DNA from: an uncultured Gammaproteobacteria bacterium
GTDB taxonomy: Bacteria; Patescibacteriota; Patescibacteriia; Magasanikbacterales; GWA2-37-8
Length of the DNA stretch: 64,000 nt
Assembly (NCBI GenBank): GCA_964465205.1
Contig: CAYXJO010000007.1
Span: 5,228 to 69,227 of the forward strand
Reading direction: 5' to 3'
Made by a program: the position numbers and the translations under genes. Under the pieces are notes generated by a model. The model did not search any database. It had not been told where the DNA came from and was given only the letters and a program-made list of their open reading frames with translations. Positions 9,804 through 19,910 of this stretch are shown piece by piece. How positions within the stretch are numbered: position 1 is the first letter of the stretch; the number at the start of each line of letters is the position of its first letter.

Positions 9804-10868
9804 TTAGCCCAGATTTTGTTGTCCGATATATTCTTGCACACGACGTTTTTTGATGATGCTATACCCGAGTAACATGAGCGGTATGGTGACCCAAATAGCC
9901 TTAGCCTGTGGGAACCATAGCCACATTGTGAAATCAATCACTAACCACTGCAGTATGTATATGCTCAAAGTATTGTCGCCCCAGAATCGAATTAGAGCTA
10001 ATATTTTTTTGACTAATGGATTTTTTATTTTTTCCAAACCGGTAAAAACATAGATGAAGAAATAAATATATGCCACTCCAAAAATTATATAATACAAAGT
10101 GAGAGGATACATGTAATCGTGATGTGGGATGAAAAGAAAGTGGGTGGTGTGGAGTCCAAGTGCGCATAATATAGTTAAGGCGACAGAAAATATTAGGGCT
10201 TTAAATTTTATTTTTTCCAAACCCAGCATGGCCAGATAGAATCCAACCAAAAATGCGAGTAGCCATAGTGCTGGAGGAAATAGAATGTTATTTTTGGCAA
10301 AAATGAAATTTGTGAACCAGTTGGCAGAGTGGTCGAAGGCATAATTGTATCCAGCGAGCAAAATGATGAGCCCCAGTATGGTATTGTTTGGTTGTTTAAC
10401 TTTTTTGATAACCCACAAAAATATCGGGGATACAATAAGACACAATCCAATAGTGAGTATGATGGATATGGGGGTGGAAAAAGAATGCAAAGTTAGGATA
10501 TTGGCTATGGTAAATTTTCCGTTGTAGACAAACTGATCGTAAAATGGCTCTTGTTTGAAGTTGTAGATGAAAAATTTGAAAATGTTGTATAAAAAATATA
10601 TACCAACTAGTTGTGCACCACGGGTAATAAGGCGGCGGGTTGCGAGGTGCAGATCATCGTAACGACTATAGGCGTAATACGTGACCGCGCCACCAGTGGA
10701 TAAAAATAGAAATACGGCTGGGTAAAAGAATTCTCGCAACCGAAATACAGCGGTAGTGATTTCGATGTTAGACCATTCGATCAAGTGAACGACAATGATA
10801 CCGATGAGGGCCAGGCCTTTGAGATAAGAAAGGTAAAAATTACGTTTTTTTGCGATAGGGGTGACCAT
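9804..10868 (-). CDS. Multi-TM acyltransferase-3/OpgC-like membrane protein
   Basis: About 10 TM segments; LKGLALIGIIVVH and WGDNTLSIYILQW motifs. Confidence 0.7.
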   Translation of the reverse strand: MVTPIAKKRNFYLSYLKGLALIGIIVVHLIEWSNIEITTAVFRLREFFYPAVFLFLSTGGAVTYYAYSRYDDLHLATRRLITRGAQLVGIYFLYNIFKFFIYNFKQEPFYDQFVYNGKFTIANILTLHSFSTPISIILTIGLCLIVSPIFLWVIKKVKQPNNTILGLIILLAGYNYAFDHSANWFTNFIFAKNNILFPPALWLLAFLVGFYLAMLGLEKIKFKALIFSVALTILCALGLHTTHFLFIPHHDYMYPLTLYYIIFGVAYIYFFIYVFTGLEKIKNPLVKKILALIRFWGDNTLSIYILQWLVIDFTMWLWFPQAKAIWVTIPLMLLGYSIIKKRRVQEYIGQQNLG

Positions 10869-10884
10869 GGTGTATAATAACAAT

Positions 10885-11739
10885 ATGAAAAAGAAACAGA
10901 ATAAAAATAAGAAACGAATAATTTATTTGATTGTGGTGGTGACCGTGATTTTAGCCACGCCGGCGGTGTATTTCGGCTTGCTCAGATTTTTTAGTAGTGC
11001 TGTAGAATATTCGCTACCAGTGTGGCAATCGAATCTTATCAAAAAAAGTCCTGATACGCAAACCGGGGCTGTACATGTGCCGATTTTGATTTATCATCAT
11101 ATCAGTCGGCCGCCGTTTTATATTGCCAAAGAAGGAAAATTTTTATATGTGCGTCCCGAAGTATTTGCCGAGCAGATGAAATACCTCAAAGAGAACGATT
11201 ATAACGTAATTTCGTATTCGCAGTTTTACCAAGCGCTGACGCGCGGCTCTAGTTTACCCGCCAAACCAGTGGTGATTACTTTTGATGATGGTAATTACGA
11301 TCAATACCAAAATGCGATCCCCATTTTACAACAGTATAATTACCCGGCAATGTTTTTTGTCTTCACCAAAGCTGTTGGCGGCTTGGGGTCCATGACTTGG
11401 GCGATGTTGCACAATTTATTAGCAGCAGGAATGGAGATTGGTTCGCATGCTTTGAGTCACTCGCGATTGAGTGCGCTGTCCACAGAGCAAGCAGATTTTG
11501 AGCTGGCGCGCAGCAAACAATTGCTTGAAAATAATTTATTTGTGGATATTCATCATTTTGCTTATCCGTATGGGACATATGATACTTCGACCGTAGAAGC
11601 AGTGATCAACACCGGCTATGAATCGGCCGTTGTGGCTAGTGGTGGTGGGTGGCACGAACGCCAGCAAGGGAATTTTCTTATTTCACGCATTATAGCAACC
11701 GAAGACATGGAATATTTCAAGTGGTTGTTGGAGAATTAA
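10885..11739 (+). CDS. Polysaccharide deacetylase (NodB/CE4), membrane anchored
   Basis: VPILIYHHI, ITFDDG, EIGSHALSH, FAYPYG. Confidence 0.93.
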   Translation: MKKKQNKNKKRIIYLIVVVTVILATPAVYFGLLRFFSSAVEYSLPVWQSNLIKKSPDTQTGAVHVPILIYHHISRPPFYIAKEGKFLYVRPEVFAEQMKYLKENDYNVISYSQFYQALTRGSSLPAKPVVITFDDGNYDQYQNAIPILQQYNYPAMFFVFTKAVGGLGSMTWAMLHNLLAAGMEIGSHALSHSRLSALSTEQADFELARSKQLLENNLFVDIHHFAYPYGTYDTSTVEAVINTGYESAVVASGGGWHERQQGNFLISRIIATEDMEYFKWLLEN

Positions 11740-11843
11740 AAAAGCCGTACCACTAATAATTTTTTCGCTTTTCTCGCCCGCGAGGGCTCGAGGTGGTCCT
11801 GTGGGTCCAAACCCGCTCAAAAAATATTAGTGTTACGGCTTTT
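11740..11843. repeat. Structured palindromic element, copy A
   Basis: 19-bp outer inverted repeat (1 mismatch) around core TTTCGCTTTTCTCGCCCGCGAGGGCTCGAGG-hairpin-AACCCGCTC. Confidence 0.85.
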
Positions 11844-11865
11844 GTGTTTAATTAACTTTAGGCCT

Positions 11866-12840
11866 TTAGACAAATCCAATTTTCTGTTTGACTTCGGATA
11901 ATTTCTTGCTGGCAATCGCGTCGGCTTTTTTGGCGCCACTCGCCAAAATTTCTTTTACATCGGCATCAGAAATTTGGTGGAATTTATTTTGGAAATCGGT
12001 CAAGAATCCTACCATTACTTCGGCCAAACCTTTTTTGAAATCCCCATAGCCGTGGCCAGCGTACTCTTTTTCGATTTCTTTTACCGTTTTGCCCGAGAAG
12101 GAAGAATAGATCATTAGCAGGTTCGACAAGGCTGGTTTGTCGGCACCAGATTTGATTTCGGTGCCAGAATCAGTGACTGCGCGCATGATTTTTTTACGCG
12201 CCACTTCGGGATCGTCCAGTAGTGAAATGTAGTTGGCTGGTGAAGGGGCTGATTTACTCATTTTTTTGCTCGGGTCATCGAGTCCCATCACGCGTGCACC
12301 CTGTTTGCCAATATGTGCTTCGGGTACAATAAATGTTTCGCCAAAAGTCGAGTTAAATTGACGAGCGATAATGCGTGACAGCTCCACATGTTGGGTCTGG
12401 TCGTCGCCTACCGGTACTAGAGCCGTGTCATAAAGCAAGATATCTGCGGCCATAAGCACGGGGTAATCCATGAGCCCCATGTTAATATTTTGTTTGTGTT
12501 GTTTGGCTTTGTCTTTGTATTGGGTCATGCGTTCGAGCTCGGCCACTTTGGTCACGGTATTAAGCACCCAGGCGAGTTCGGCGTGCGCGGACACGCTCGA
12601 TTGTTGAAAAATAATTACGCGATTTGGATCCACGCCCAAAGCCAAATATGTTTTGGCCGCGTCGAGAATGTTTTTGCGTAGGTCATTGGGATCTTGGTGT
12701 ACGGTAATGGCATGCATATCCACCACGCAGTAAATGCAGTCATAATCATTTTGCAAAGCAACCCAGTTTTTGACTGCGCCCAAATAGTTGCCAATATGTA
12801 AGTTGTTGGTCGGCTGAATGCCGGAAAAAATGCGTTTCAT
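11866..12840 (-). CDS. trpS: Tryptophan--tRNA ligase
   Basis: SGIQPT, HIGNYLGA, KMSKS. Confidence 0.98.
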   Translation of the reverse strand: MKRIFSGIQPTNNLHIGNYLGAVKNWVALQNDYDCIYCVVDMHAITVHQDPNDLRKNILDAAKTYLALGVDPNRVIIFQQSSVSAHAELAWVLNTVTKVAELERMTQYKDKAKQHKQNINMGLMDYPVLMAADILLYDTALVPVGDDQTQHVELSRIIARQFNSTFGETFIVPEAHIGKQGARVMGLDDPSKKMSKSAPSPANYISLLDDPEVARKKIMRAVTDSGTEIKSGADKPALSNLLMIYSSFSGKTVKEIEKEYAGHGYGDFKKGLAEVMVGFLTDFQNKFHQISDADVKEILASGAKKADAIASKKLSEVKQKIGFV

Positions 12841-12957
12841 AAGTTATTATTATCGCGGGTATTTTACCCAATAAAGCCGATTTTGTAAAATGTTTGATTG
12901 TATGTTAAAGAATTAAAAACAAAGTAAAAAATACCCGGCCAACAACGATCGGGTGTT

Positions 12958-13431
12958 TTAATGATGGTAAGCCCGCTCCGCACTGATCATCTGGGCGCGG
13001 TAAATTTGTTCCCACAATATTACTCGTGCCATTTGATGGGTGAAGGTGAGCGCAGAAAGAGAGAATTTTAGTTGAGCGATTTTTAAGATTGATTCATGCA
13101 ACCCCAGTGGTCCGCCAATGATAAAAGTTATTTTGCTGTTTTGTTCGGCGATAATTCTGTCTAGGTGCAATGCAAATTTTTCCGAAGAAAATTGATTACC
13201 GTTGGGGTCCAATGCGATGATGAAATCGTCTTTTGGCAAAGCCGACAAAATTTTTTTGGCTTCTTTTTCTATTATAACTTCCGGGCTATCTTTTTCGCCA
13301 AAACTTTCTTCACGCAATTCAGTAATTTTTATTTTCGCAAAAGCACCGAGACGTTTGAGGTATTCGGCTTCGGCTTCGCGCCAAAATGTTTCTTTTAATT
13401 TACCCAAACAGATTAAGTGTAAGTGGAACAT
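12958..13431 (-). CDS. rlmH: 23S rRNA pseudouridine-1915 N3-methyltransferase
   Basis: GKLKE, EYLKRL, FIIGGPLG, FTHQMARVILWEQIYRA, YHH. Confidence 0.95.
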   Translation of the reverse strand: MFHLHLICLGKLKETFWREAEAEYLKRLGAFAKIKITELREESFGEKDSPEVIIEKEAKKILSALPKDDFIIALDPNGNQFSSEKFALHLDRIIAEQNSKITFIIGGPLGLHESILKIAQLKFSLSALTFTHQMARVILWEQIYRAQMISAERAYHH

Positions 13432-13508
13432 AGTGGTTGTATGATAGCAAACATTATAAAAAAAGGCCACCGAACGGTGGCGTGTGTGATGGTGCTGATT
13501 TGTCAGCG

Positions 13509-13697
13509 TTACTGAAGGTTTTTTATCTCGCCCGTAGTATCAGTTGATTGTGGTCCGAGAATGTGGTTGACGTAGGATTCGGGCAACGGACTCATTATCG
13601 GGAACATGTTCGGTTTGTACATGTGGTATGTGCAAAATTTTATAATACCACTTCCCAATCTCTTGAGTATACGTCGAAACTTGTTCATGTCTCTCAT
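13509..13697 (-). CDS. Small hypothetical protein (62 aa)
   Basis: Own promoter TTGACA-17-TATAAT (13783-13811), SD AGGAG, terminator at 13458-13481. Confidence 0.5.
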   Translation of the reverse strand: MRDMNKFRRILKRLGSGIIKFCTYHMYKPNMFPIMSPLPESYVNHILGPQSTDTTGEIKNLQ

Positions 13698-13920
13698 TCT
13701 TTGTCTCCTGGTACGTATTTTTGGGGAACAATTTGGTGCTGTCCCCGGTTAATTAAAGATCAAACTCCAAAGATCGGACTAAATTATATATAAATATTTT
13801 TATTTTGTCAAGTTGGTATATTATGCCGCGACAATTATGATGTGAGAATATGGAAATATCAAGATAAAAAATAAACCCGGCCATGTGGTCGGGTGGTGTT
13901 GAGCGGGTCGATGATGACGA

Positions 13921-14121
13921 TTAGCCACGTCGCGTCCGTTGGTGGCATTTGCCTTTGAACCGTTTCCGGCCGGTGTCGCGCTGAGTGGTGACGTCGATGT
14001 GTTCGCCGGTGGGCGTATTAGCATCCAACTCAATCTGCCGCACCAGCAGATCGGATGCTTCTTCCGGTTTTAGAGGGAGTACACCAGTGGTCGGCTTGGT
14101 GGGGGAAAGAGCTTTGGGCAT
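13921..14121 (-). CDS. Small basic hypothetical protein (66 aa)
   Basis: Promoter TTGACC-17-TATAGT, SD AAAGG, terminator at 13866-13894. Confidence 0.55.
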   Translation of the reverse strand: MPKALSPTKPTTGVLPLKPEEASDLLVRQIELDANTPTGEHIDVTTQRDTGRKRFKGKCHQRTRRG

Positions 14122-14211
14122 TGGTCGGCCTTTCTGTTTAGGGTTATAGTGGCACCTTCGCGCTGGGCTCACTATACCTTATTTTTGACTGTCGGTCAAG
14201 ATGGGGGTGTT

Positions 14212-15339
14212 TTATTTAATAAAATCCGCAAAGCGATCTTCTAGGATAGCTATGCGTGCCGCGCGCATCAAATTCAACATGTAATATATATTATGTAGCG
14301 AAGTGAGTCGCAATCCGGTAATTTCATCGGCCGCAAATAAATGGTGTAAATACGAGCGAGAATAACGCTGACAAGTGGGGCAGTGGCAATTTTCTTCGAT
14401 TGGTCTGCGATCGCGGGCGCAGGCCGCATTGCGAATGTTCAAGCGACCGGTGTTGGTGTACACCATGCCGTGTCGGGCGAGTCGGGTAGGTGCTACACAA
14501 TCAAAAATATCTACGCCATGCGCGACTACAGTAAGTAAGTCTTTGGGGTCGAGACCAACGCCCATAGCATAGTGAGGTTTGTCTGCTGGGATGATCGGCG
14601 TCATCCAATCGAGAATTTCGGCAGTGGCTTCCATATTGTAACCAATACTTTCGCCGCCAATTGCAATACCGTCAAACGGCAATGCCGAAATCGCGCGAGC
14701 AGATTCTTCGCGCAAATGTTTGTGTTTGGCACCTTGAATAATGCCAAATAAAAATTGTTGGTAGCCATGATGACTAGTATTTTTTTGATGTTCATCAATA
14801 CAGCGTTTCGCCCACGCGTGTGTGCGATCCATGGCCGCGCGTGTATATTTTTCATCGGCCGTGTCGGGCGTGCATTCATCGAACGCCATAATAATATCCG
14901 CGCCCAGTTTGTGTTGTATTTCTATCGCTTTTTCCGGAGAGAAAAAATGTTTGGAGCCGTCGATGTGCGAGCGGAATTCTACACCGTCGTCGGTAATTTT
15001 GGTGAGTCCGCTTTGGCCCTTGGCTTCTTTTTGTAATCCCAAAGAGAAAACTTGGAAACCGCCGGAATCAGTGAGGATCGGATGTTGCCAATTCATGAAA
15101 TTGTGCAGGCCGCCCTGCATGTCGATGAGCTCTTCACCGGGACGTAAGTGCAGATGATAAGTGTTGCCCAAAATTATCTGAGCACCCAAGTTTTCTAGAT
15201 CTTTATCATCGAGAGTTTTGACAGTGGCCTGGGTACCGACCGGCATAAAACAAGGGGTAGCAATATCCCCGTGATCGGTGTGGATAATACCAGCGCGTGC
15301 ACCAGTATTTTTGTCGACGTGTTCCAGTTCAAAAAACAT
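14212..15339 (-). CDS. tgt: tRNA-guanine transglycosylase
   Basis: FMPVGT, NTYHL, TDSGGFQVFSL, CxCxxC zinc site. Confidence 0.97.
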   Translation of the reverse strand: MFFELEHVDKNTGARAGIIHTDHGDIATPCFMPVGTQATVKTLDDKDLENLGAQIILGNTYHLHLRPGEELIDMQGGLHNFMNWQHPILTDSGGFQVFSLGLQKEAKGQSGLTKITDDGVEFRSHIDGSKHFFSPEKAIEIQHKLGADIIMAFDECTPDTADEKYTRAAMDRTHAWAKRCIDEHQKNTSHHGYQQFLFGIIQGAKHKHLREESARAISALPFDGIAIGGESIGYNMEATAEILDWMTPIIPADKPHYAMGVGLDPKDLLTVVAHGVDIFDCVAPTRLARHGMVYTNTGRLNIRNAACARDRRPIEENCHCPTCQRYSRSYLHHLFAADEITGLRLTSLHNIYYMLNLMRAARIAILEDRFADFIK

Positions 15340-15455
15340 ATGGCGCTATCATAGCGGATTTTTGGCTTAAAATCAAGGTGGTCGCGGGATATAGACTTTT
15401 GGGTCAAAATATGGTATAATATAGATGTAAGTTTGTAGTTTTTAACCATAATTAT

Positions 15456-15659
15456 ATGGCCGAAAAAATGGAAAAGCCAGTGGGAGAAAATTTTTGTGAC
15501 CAGTGCGGCAATCGTTTGCCGGGGCATATGCCCGGGTGTGCCAAATCCCCACGCGAACCAGGGAGACACGATGTAGTATTGGATATGAAAGCCATGCCAG
15601 ACAATACACCTTCTGTTCCGAAACGCCCTCGTGGTGAATTTCCGCAAATGCAGGCGTAA
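15456..15659 (+). CDS. Small protein with a possible Zn-binding motif (67 aa)
   Basis: CDQC...H...C; upstream TAGACT-17-TATAAT promoter; downstream bidirectional terminator at 15673-15708. Confidence 0.5.
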   Translation: MAEKMEKPVGENFCDQCGNRLPGHMPGCAKSPREPGRHDVVLDMKAMPDNTPSVPKRPRGEFPQMQA

Positions 15660-15741
15660 AATAAAAATTGAATAAAAAAGAGGACGGTGGCAGCCGTCCT
15701 TTTGTTTTGGTTTGTTTTTGCCCACTGCCATGGGGCACAAG

Positions 15742-16710
15742 TTAGTTGGTCGTCGGGCATTCCAGGGCAACACATTCTTTGTCGGAGATGTTGTCGCACC
15801 AGAACGACTGCGGTTGATCATCGATCGCGGGGTCGATGGACATGTCTCCCGAATTCCAGATGAAATCCGGCGCGTCAGTGTCTTGGAAATCTGTGCAATT
15901 GCCGGCGTCCCAGACGATGTCGGCGACGCGGAGCACTTGGTGATCTACACCAAACTCAATGGCGTAGGTGGCGCAGGGCGTGCCATTGATATTGACCACC
16001 ACCGTGACTTCGTACGGGACAGTGAAGTCTCCTTTGAGGTCGTTGCTGTCGTAGTAGGCTACCGCGACGCGCAGTCGCATACCAACTTCCGGTTCAGCGC
16101 GCACGATAATTGTTTCTTCGTGCACGTCATTGGGACAGCCGCTTGTTTCCTGACAGCCGACGTTGTCCATATCCTTTTCGCACCAGGAAGTTTGATCGTT
16201 GTCTGTTCCGCACGAATCGTCGTGCGCATCATTGCTGTGATAGGTACAATATTGTACCTTGGTCTTTTTGTCCCATCCCTCGCTTACTTCAAATTCGGAG
16301 CAGAAATTGCCGTTCGGGCAATCACTGTCCGATTCGCATTTTATACGACGATCTTCCGGGTCGACCAAAGTCGGAGTCCCTGGCGTGTCGCCGTATCCAG
16401 CGTTGACTCCCCAGCTGCCGCATGGGCGGTGCTTGGTGAGGGAGATGTCTAGGTCTGGCATGCCTCTCCACGTGAGTGTGACTTCGATCGGGTGGGCCGG
16501 TTTGCCCTCGGCTTCTTCCTCCGCGGCTACATCTTCGTCACTGTCACCGTCCGTCGAGTTGTCGCCATCAACACTTTCGTCGCCGTCGACCGAAAGATTT
16601 TCGTATCCGCCGACTATAGTCGTGCCGCAGGCGGCAAAAAAGCAGGAAAGGGCCAGAATGATCAGGGTTGCAATGGCTTTGAAATTCAGAATGGCTTTGA
16701 AATTCAGCAT
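15742..16710 (-). CDS. Acidic, Cys-rich lipoprotein
   Basis: Lipobox FAAC, DGD repeats, VTLTW..PDLD motif, many Cys, SD AAGGAG; GC-richer than its neighbours. Confidence 0.75.
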   Translation of the reverse strand: MLNFKAILNFKAIATLIILALSCFFAACGTTIVGGYENLSVDGDESVDGDNSTDGDSDEDVAAEEEAEGKPAHPIEVTLTWRGMPDLDISLTKHRPCGSWGVNAGYGDTPGTPTLVDPEDRRIKCESDSDCPNGNFCSEFEVSEGWDKKTKVQYCTYHSNDAHDDSCGTDNDQTSWCEKDMDNVGCQETSGCPNDVHEETIIVRAEPEVGMRLRVAVAYYDSNDLKGDFTVPYEVTVVVNINGTPCATYAIEFGVDHQVLRVADIVWDAGNCTDFQDTDAPDFIWNSGDMSIDPAIDDQPQSFWCDNISDKECVALECPTTN

Positions 16711-17024
16711 GATCCGTGCTCCTTTGCGGTATGTTCCCATTCGGGTCACCGCATGATTGATCTGTCAGCTAACTTGGTTTGTAACGAGCATGGCTTTTTA
16801 TGGCCAAAATTAGATTTTTGTGAAAAAGTCCAATTTTTGCCTTAAAAAGCAGAAAACTCCCAGATTGAAGAGAGTCTTTAAATATTTTTGGCTAAAATAA
16901 GCCTAATTTGTGGTTGTGCATAATGCTCTCTCTTCATTATTTACAACTGATTATTATAGCACATTTTTGCCCTTTTGTCAAGAGGATGATATAATATGGA
17001 TGTTTTTAGAAAAAAATTAAAACT

Positions 17025-18089
17025 ATGGGAAATATTAATTTTTCTTACTTCGGTTTAGTGATTGCAATTGTGGCGGTGTTGATTTATTTAGCGGTAAAAA
17101 ACAAGAAAGGCGGATTGCCAAAATTGAGCGGTGGCAGTACGCCTTTTTTAGATTCTTATGCTACGGATTTCACAGCGATGGCGCGTCAAGGACGGCTTGA
17201 TCCGGTAGTGGGGCGTGAAGAAGAAGTACGCAAGTTAGCTCAGACACTTTCTCGTAGAGAAAAAAATAATGCGATTCTTATCGGAGCGCCGGGCGTGGGC
17301 AAGACTGCGATTGTGGAGGCATTAGCTTTGCGAATAGTATCGCACGATGTTCCGGACGAACTGTGGAACAAGCGCGTGCTAGCGCTGGATGTTGCGACTT
17401 TGCTTTCCGGTACGAAATATCGCGGTGAATTTGAAGAGCGAGCAAAAAAAATCGTGGCCGAAATCGGCGCTTCCAGTCGTACTATTATTCTGTTTATCGA
17501 TGAAGTACATGCGGTGGTGCAGTCGCATGGTACCGAAGGCGCGGTAAATTTTTCGGATATTTTGAAACCTGCCCTCGCGCGCGGTGATTTGCAAATGGTG
17601 GGAGCTACTACTACGGCCGAGTATGAGAAATATATCAAGACCGATTCGTCGCTTGAGCGCCGCTTCCAACCTATAGAAGTGAGCGAGCCGACCGAAGAAC
17701 AGACCATTGGAATTTTGAAAGGCGTGAAAGACAAGTATCGCGAGTATCACAAAGTAGAGTTTACCGATGCGGCTTTGGCTACGGCGGTAAAATTGTCTTC
17801 TGAGTTGGTGAAAAATAGGAAGCTGCCTGACAAGGCGCTTGACGCGCTCGATGAATCGGGTGCGATGGTAAAAGTTTCGCATGTACACACCAGTATTCCC
17901 TTGGTGCTTTATCAGGTGGCGGCGGAAAAACATCCCGAAGCGGCTGATATTTGGAAAAAAATTCAAGAGTTAGATGCGAGTGGTGCGAACGAGGAACGCG
18001 AAAAGCTGGAAGCTGATCTGGAAAAATTGGGTGTGGTGACGGTGGATAGCGCCGACGTGGAGAAGGTGATACGGGATTGGAAAGAATAG
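17025..18089 (+). CDS. Membrane-anchored ClpA/B/C-type AAA+ ATPase (NBD1 only)
   Basis: LDPVVGREEE, GAPGVGKT, GTKYRGEFEER, LFIDEVH, LERRFQ; N-terminal TM; no NBD2. Confidence 0.88.
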   Translation: MGNINFSYFGLVIAIVAVLIYLAVKNKKGGLPKLSGGSTPFLDSYATDFTAMARQGRLDPVVGREEEVRKLAQTLSRREKNNAILIGAPGVGKTAIVEALALRIVSHDVPDELWNKRVLALDVATLLSGTKYRGEFEERAKKIVAEIGASSRTIILFIDEVHAVVQSHGTEGAVNFSDILKPALARGDLQMVGATTTAEYEKYIKTDSSLERRFQPIEVSEPTEEQTIGILKGVKDKYREYHKVEFTDAALATAVKLSSELVKNRKLPDKALDALDESGAMVKVSHVHTSIPLVLYQVAAEKHPEAADIWKKIQELDASGANEEREKLEADLEKLGVVTVDSADVEKVIRDWKE

Positions 18090-18267
18090 GGTGTACATAA
18101 TTAAAATTGTTGGGAGGGCGCAAGTGTGGTATAATATAAACGATTTAAAAATTTGGAGAAAGTTTTAAATTTCTCCGTAATCATATTATAATGGGCTTTG
18201 CCCGTGTATTCTCATTCGTTTGGAAAAGATTAACCACATTTAATCTTTTCTCTCACTCATTTCTAAT

Positions 18268-19776
18268 ATGGTGGAAACACTCACCAAAGTGGCCACGAAA
18301 AGTATCACGAGTACCAAACTCGCGATTGCCACACTCGCTGCACTCGCGGCGGGAGGAGCGGCGTTTGCCGTGGCTCCCCCGGTTTTTTTAACCGGACCGG
18401 ATTTGATCGTGTCCGATATAGTTTTTGACAATGCTGCCAAGAAAGCCACGGTTACTGTGAAAAATATTGGCAAAACAAAATTAAATACTGCTGAAGTTGC
18501 CACTGCCTGGTCTACGACTATCATCCCAAACAGCAAGCCTCGTTTGGTGAGTGGTTTAAATCCCGGGGTGGCTGTTAATTTCGTTTTACCATATCCGGCT
18601 AGAATTCCTTCTGCTTTAACAGCGACGATTGATCCTAACAATAAAGTAAAAGAGATGAGAGAGAATAATAATACCTTGACTAAGACCTTACCGTCTTTTT
18701 GTTCCGATTCTGATAACGGTTTAGATACTACCGTCGTCGGTACTATGAGAGGATGTCAGTTTGAAGATTGTGCGACCATTATGTCGCATACTGATTGTTG
18801 TACTGTTCTTACTAGTGTTGGTACCACTGGATGTACTGCTACGGGCACGCATTTGTTGGAGGGTACTTGTACTGGTAATGTAGGGATGGTTCCATTAGTT
18901 GAATGTAAGAATGGTTGTGCAAATGGTGTTTGTTTAGATTTGCCAGATTTAACTATTTCTGACGTAGCCTTCAATTCTTATCCGACTGAACCAATTGTTG
19001 TGACTATCAAAAATATTGGTAATGGAAATTATGATCCTACAATTAGCACCTGTGCTACTACTAAGGTATATTTTTTGGATAAGAATTTTGCCGTGTTGGG
19101 TGAAGCGGTACCAAACATTCAAGGGGGATGCCAATTATTTGTTGCTTTAACACCCAACAGTAGTGATGCTGTTGGGTATGTGCTAGACGGAGTAGATTAT
19201 CTAGATAACGTTGAGTGGGTTAAGGTGGTCATTTCAAGCCCCTACAATCACGTGGTGGAATTAAGAGAAGATAACAACGAGAGTGTCGTGCGTTTACCTA
19301 AGGATCGATTAAACACGATTAGGCTTCGAGCAGAAGTAGACCAACCGCGATCTGTGCAGTATGGGGCCAATCAGACTTTAGCTATATTTGATTCCGAAGG
19401 GGCCAATGGTTCGGATGCCTATCCTTTTAATGATGACAACAATAATCCAGACCTACGTAGTCTGGTGGTGACAGTTCTAACCAATATCCCCAATCAGTTG
19501 AATAATTGGAAGTTGGTGAATGGCGGTCGAATATTTTCCGGATCTTGGGACGAAACCAAGCAGCGAATTATTTTCCGCAATCTAGATGGAGACAGGTTGG
19601 GAATGTCACAGTTTACAATAGCGGCGGATATTATGATGGTAAGTAGTACGTTTTCCGATGCCAAAGTACAATTGTTAATTGCGTCGCCTGGTGACTTGAC
19701 TACTGATGCCATAGCAACAGAGTTCATTGATACAATTTTCCCGGTTACGGCCAGAGAGATGAATCCCCAACCATAA
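18268..19776 (+). CDS. Secreted CARDB-domain surface protein with a Cys-rich module
   Basis: Signal peptide; two PDLxVS...VKNIG...E..ENNN repeats; CSDSDNG...CKNGCANGVC. Confidence 0.8.
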   Translation: MVETLTKVATKSITSTKLAIATLAALAAGGAAFAVAPPVFLTGPDLIVSDIVFDNAAKKATVTVKNIGKTKLNTAEVATAWSTTIIPNSKPRLVSGLNPGVAVNFVLPYPARIPSALTATIDPNNKVKEMRENNNTLTKTLPSFCSDSDNGLDTTVVGTMRGCQFEDCATIMSHTDCCTVLTSVGTTGCTATGTHLLEGTCTGNVGMVPLVECKNGCANGVCLDLPDLTISDVAFNSYPTEPIVVTIKNIGNGNYDPTISTCATTKVYFLDKNFAVLGEAVPNIQGGCQLFVALTPNSSDAVGYVLDGVDYLDNVEWVKVVISSPYNHVVELREDNNESVVRLPKDRLNTIRLRAEVDQPRSVQYGANQTLAIFDSEGANGSDAYPFNDDNNNPDLRSLVVTVLTNIPNQLNNWKLVNGGRIFSGSWDETKQRIIFRNLDGDRLGMSQFTIAADIMMVSSTFSDAKVQLLIASPGDLTTDAIATEFIDTIFPVTAREMNPQP

Positions 19777-19910
19777 TAATTGATTTTGTCCACCCCGCCA
19801 CTCGCGGGGTGGTTTTGTTTTTGTTGTTAAATATGGAGTATTTGAGTGGGTTTTTATTTTTATCAAAGTGTGATAGAATGTGCCTACTGGTTTCAAAAAA
19901 TAAAATTTTT

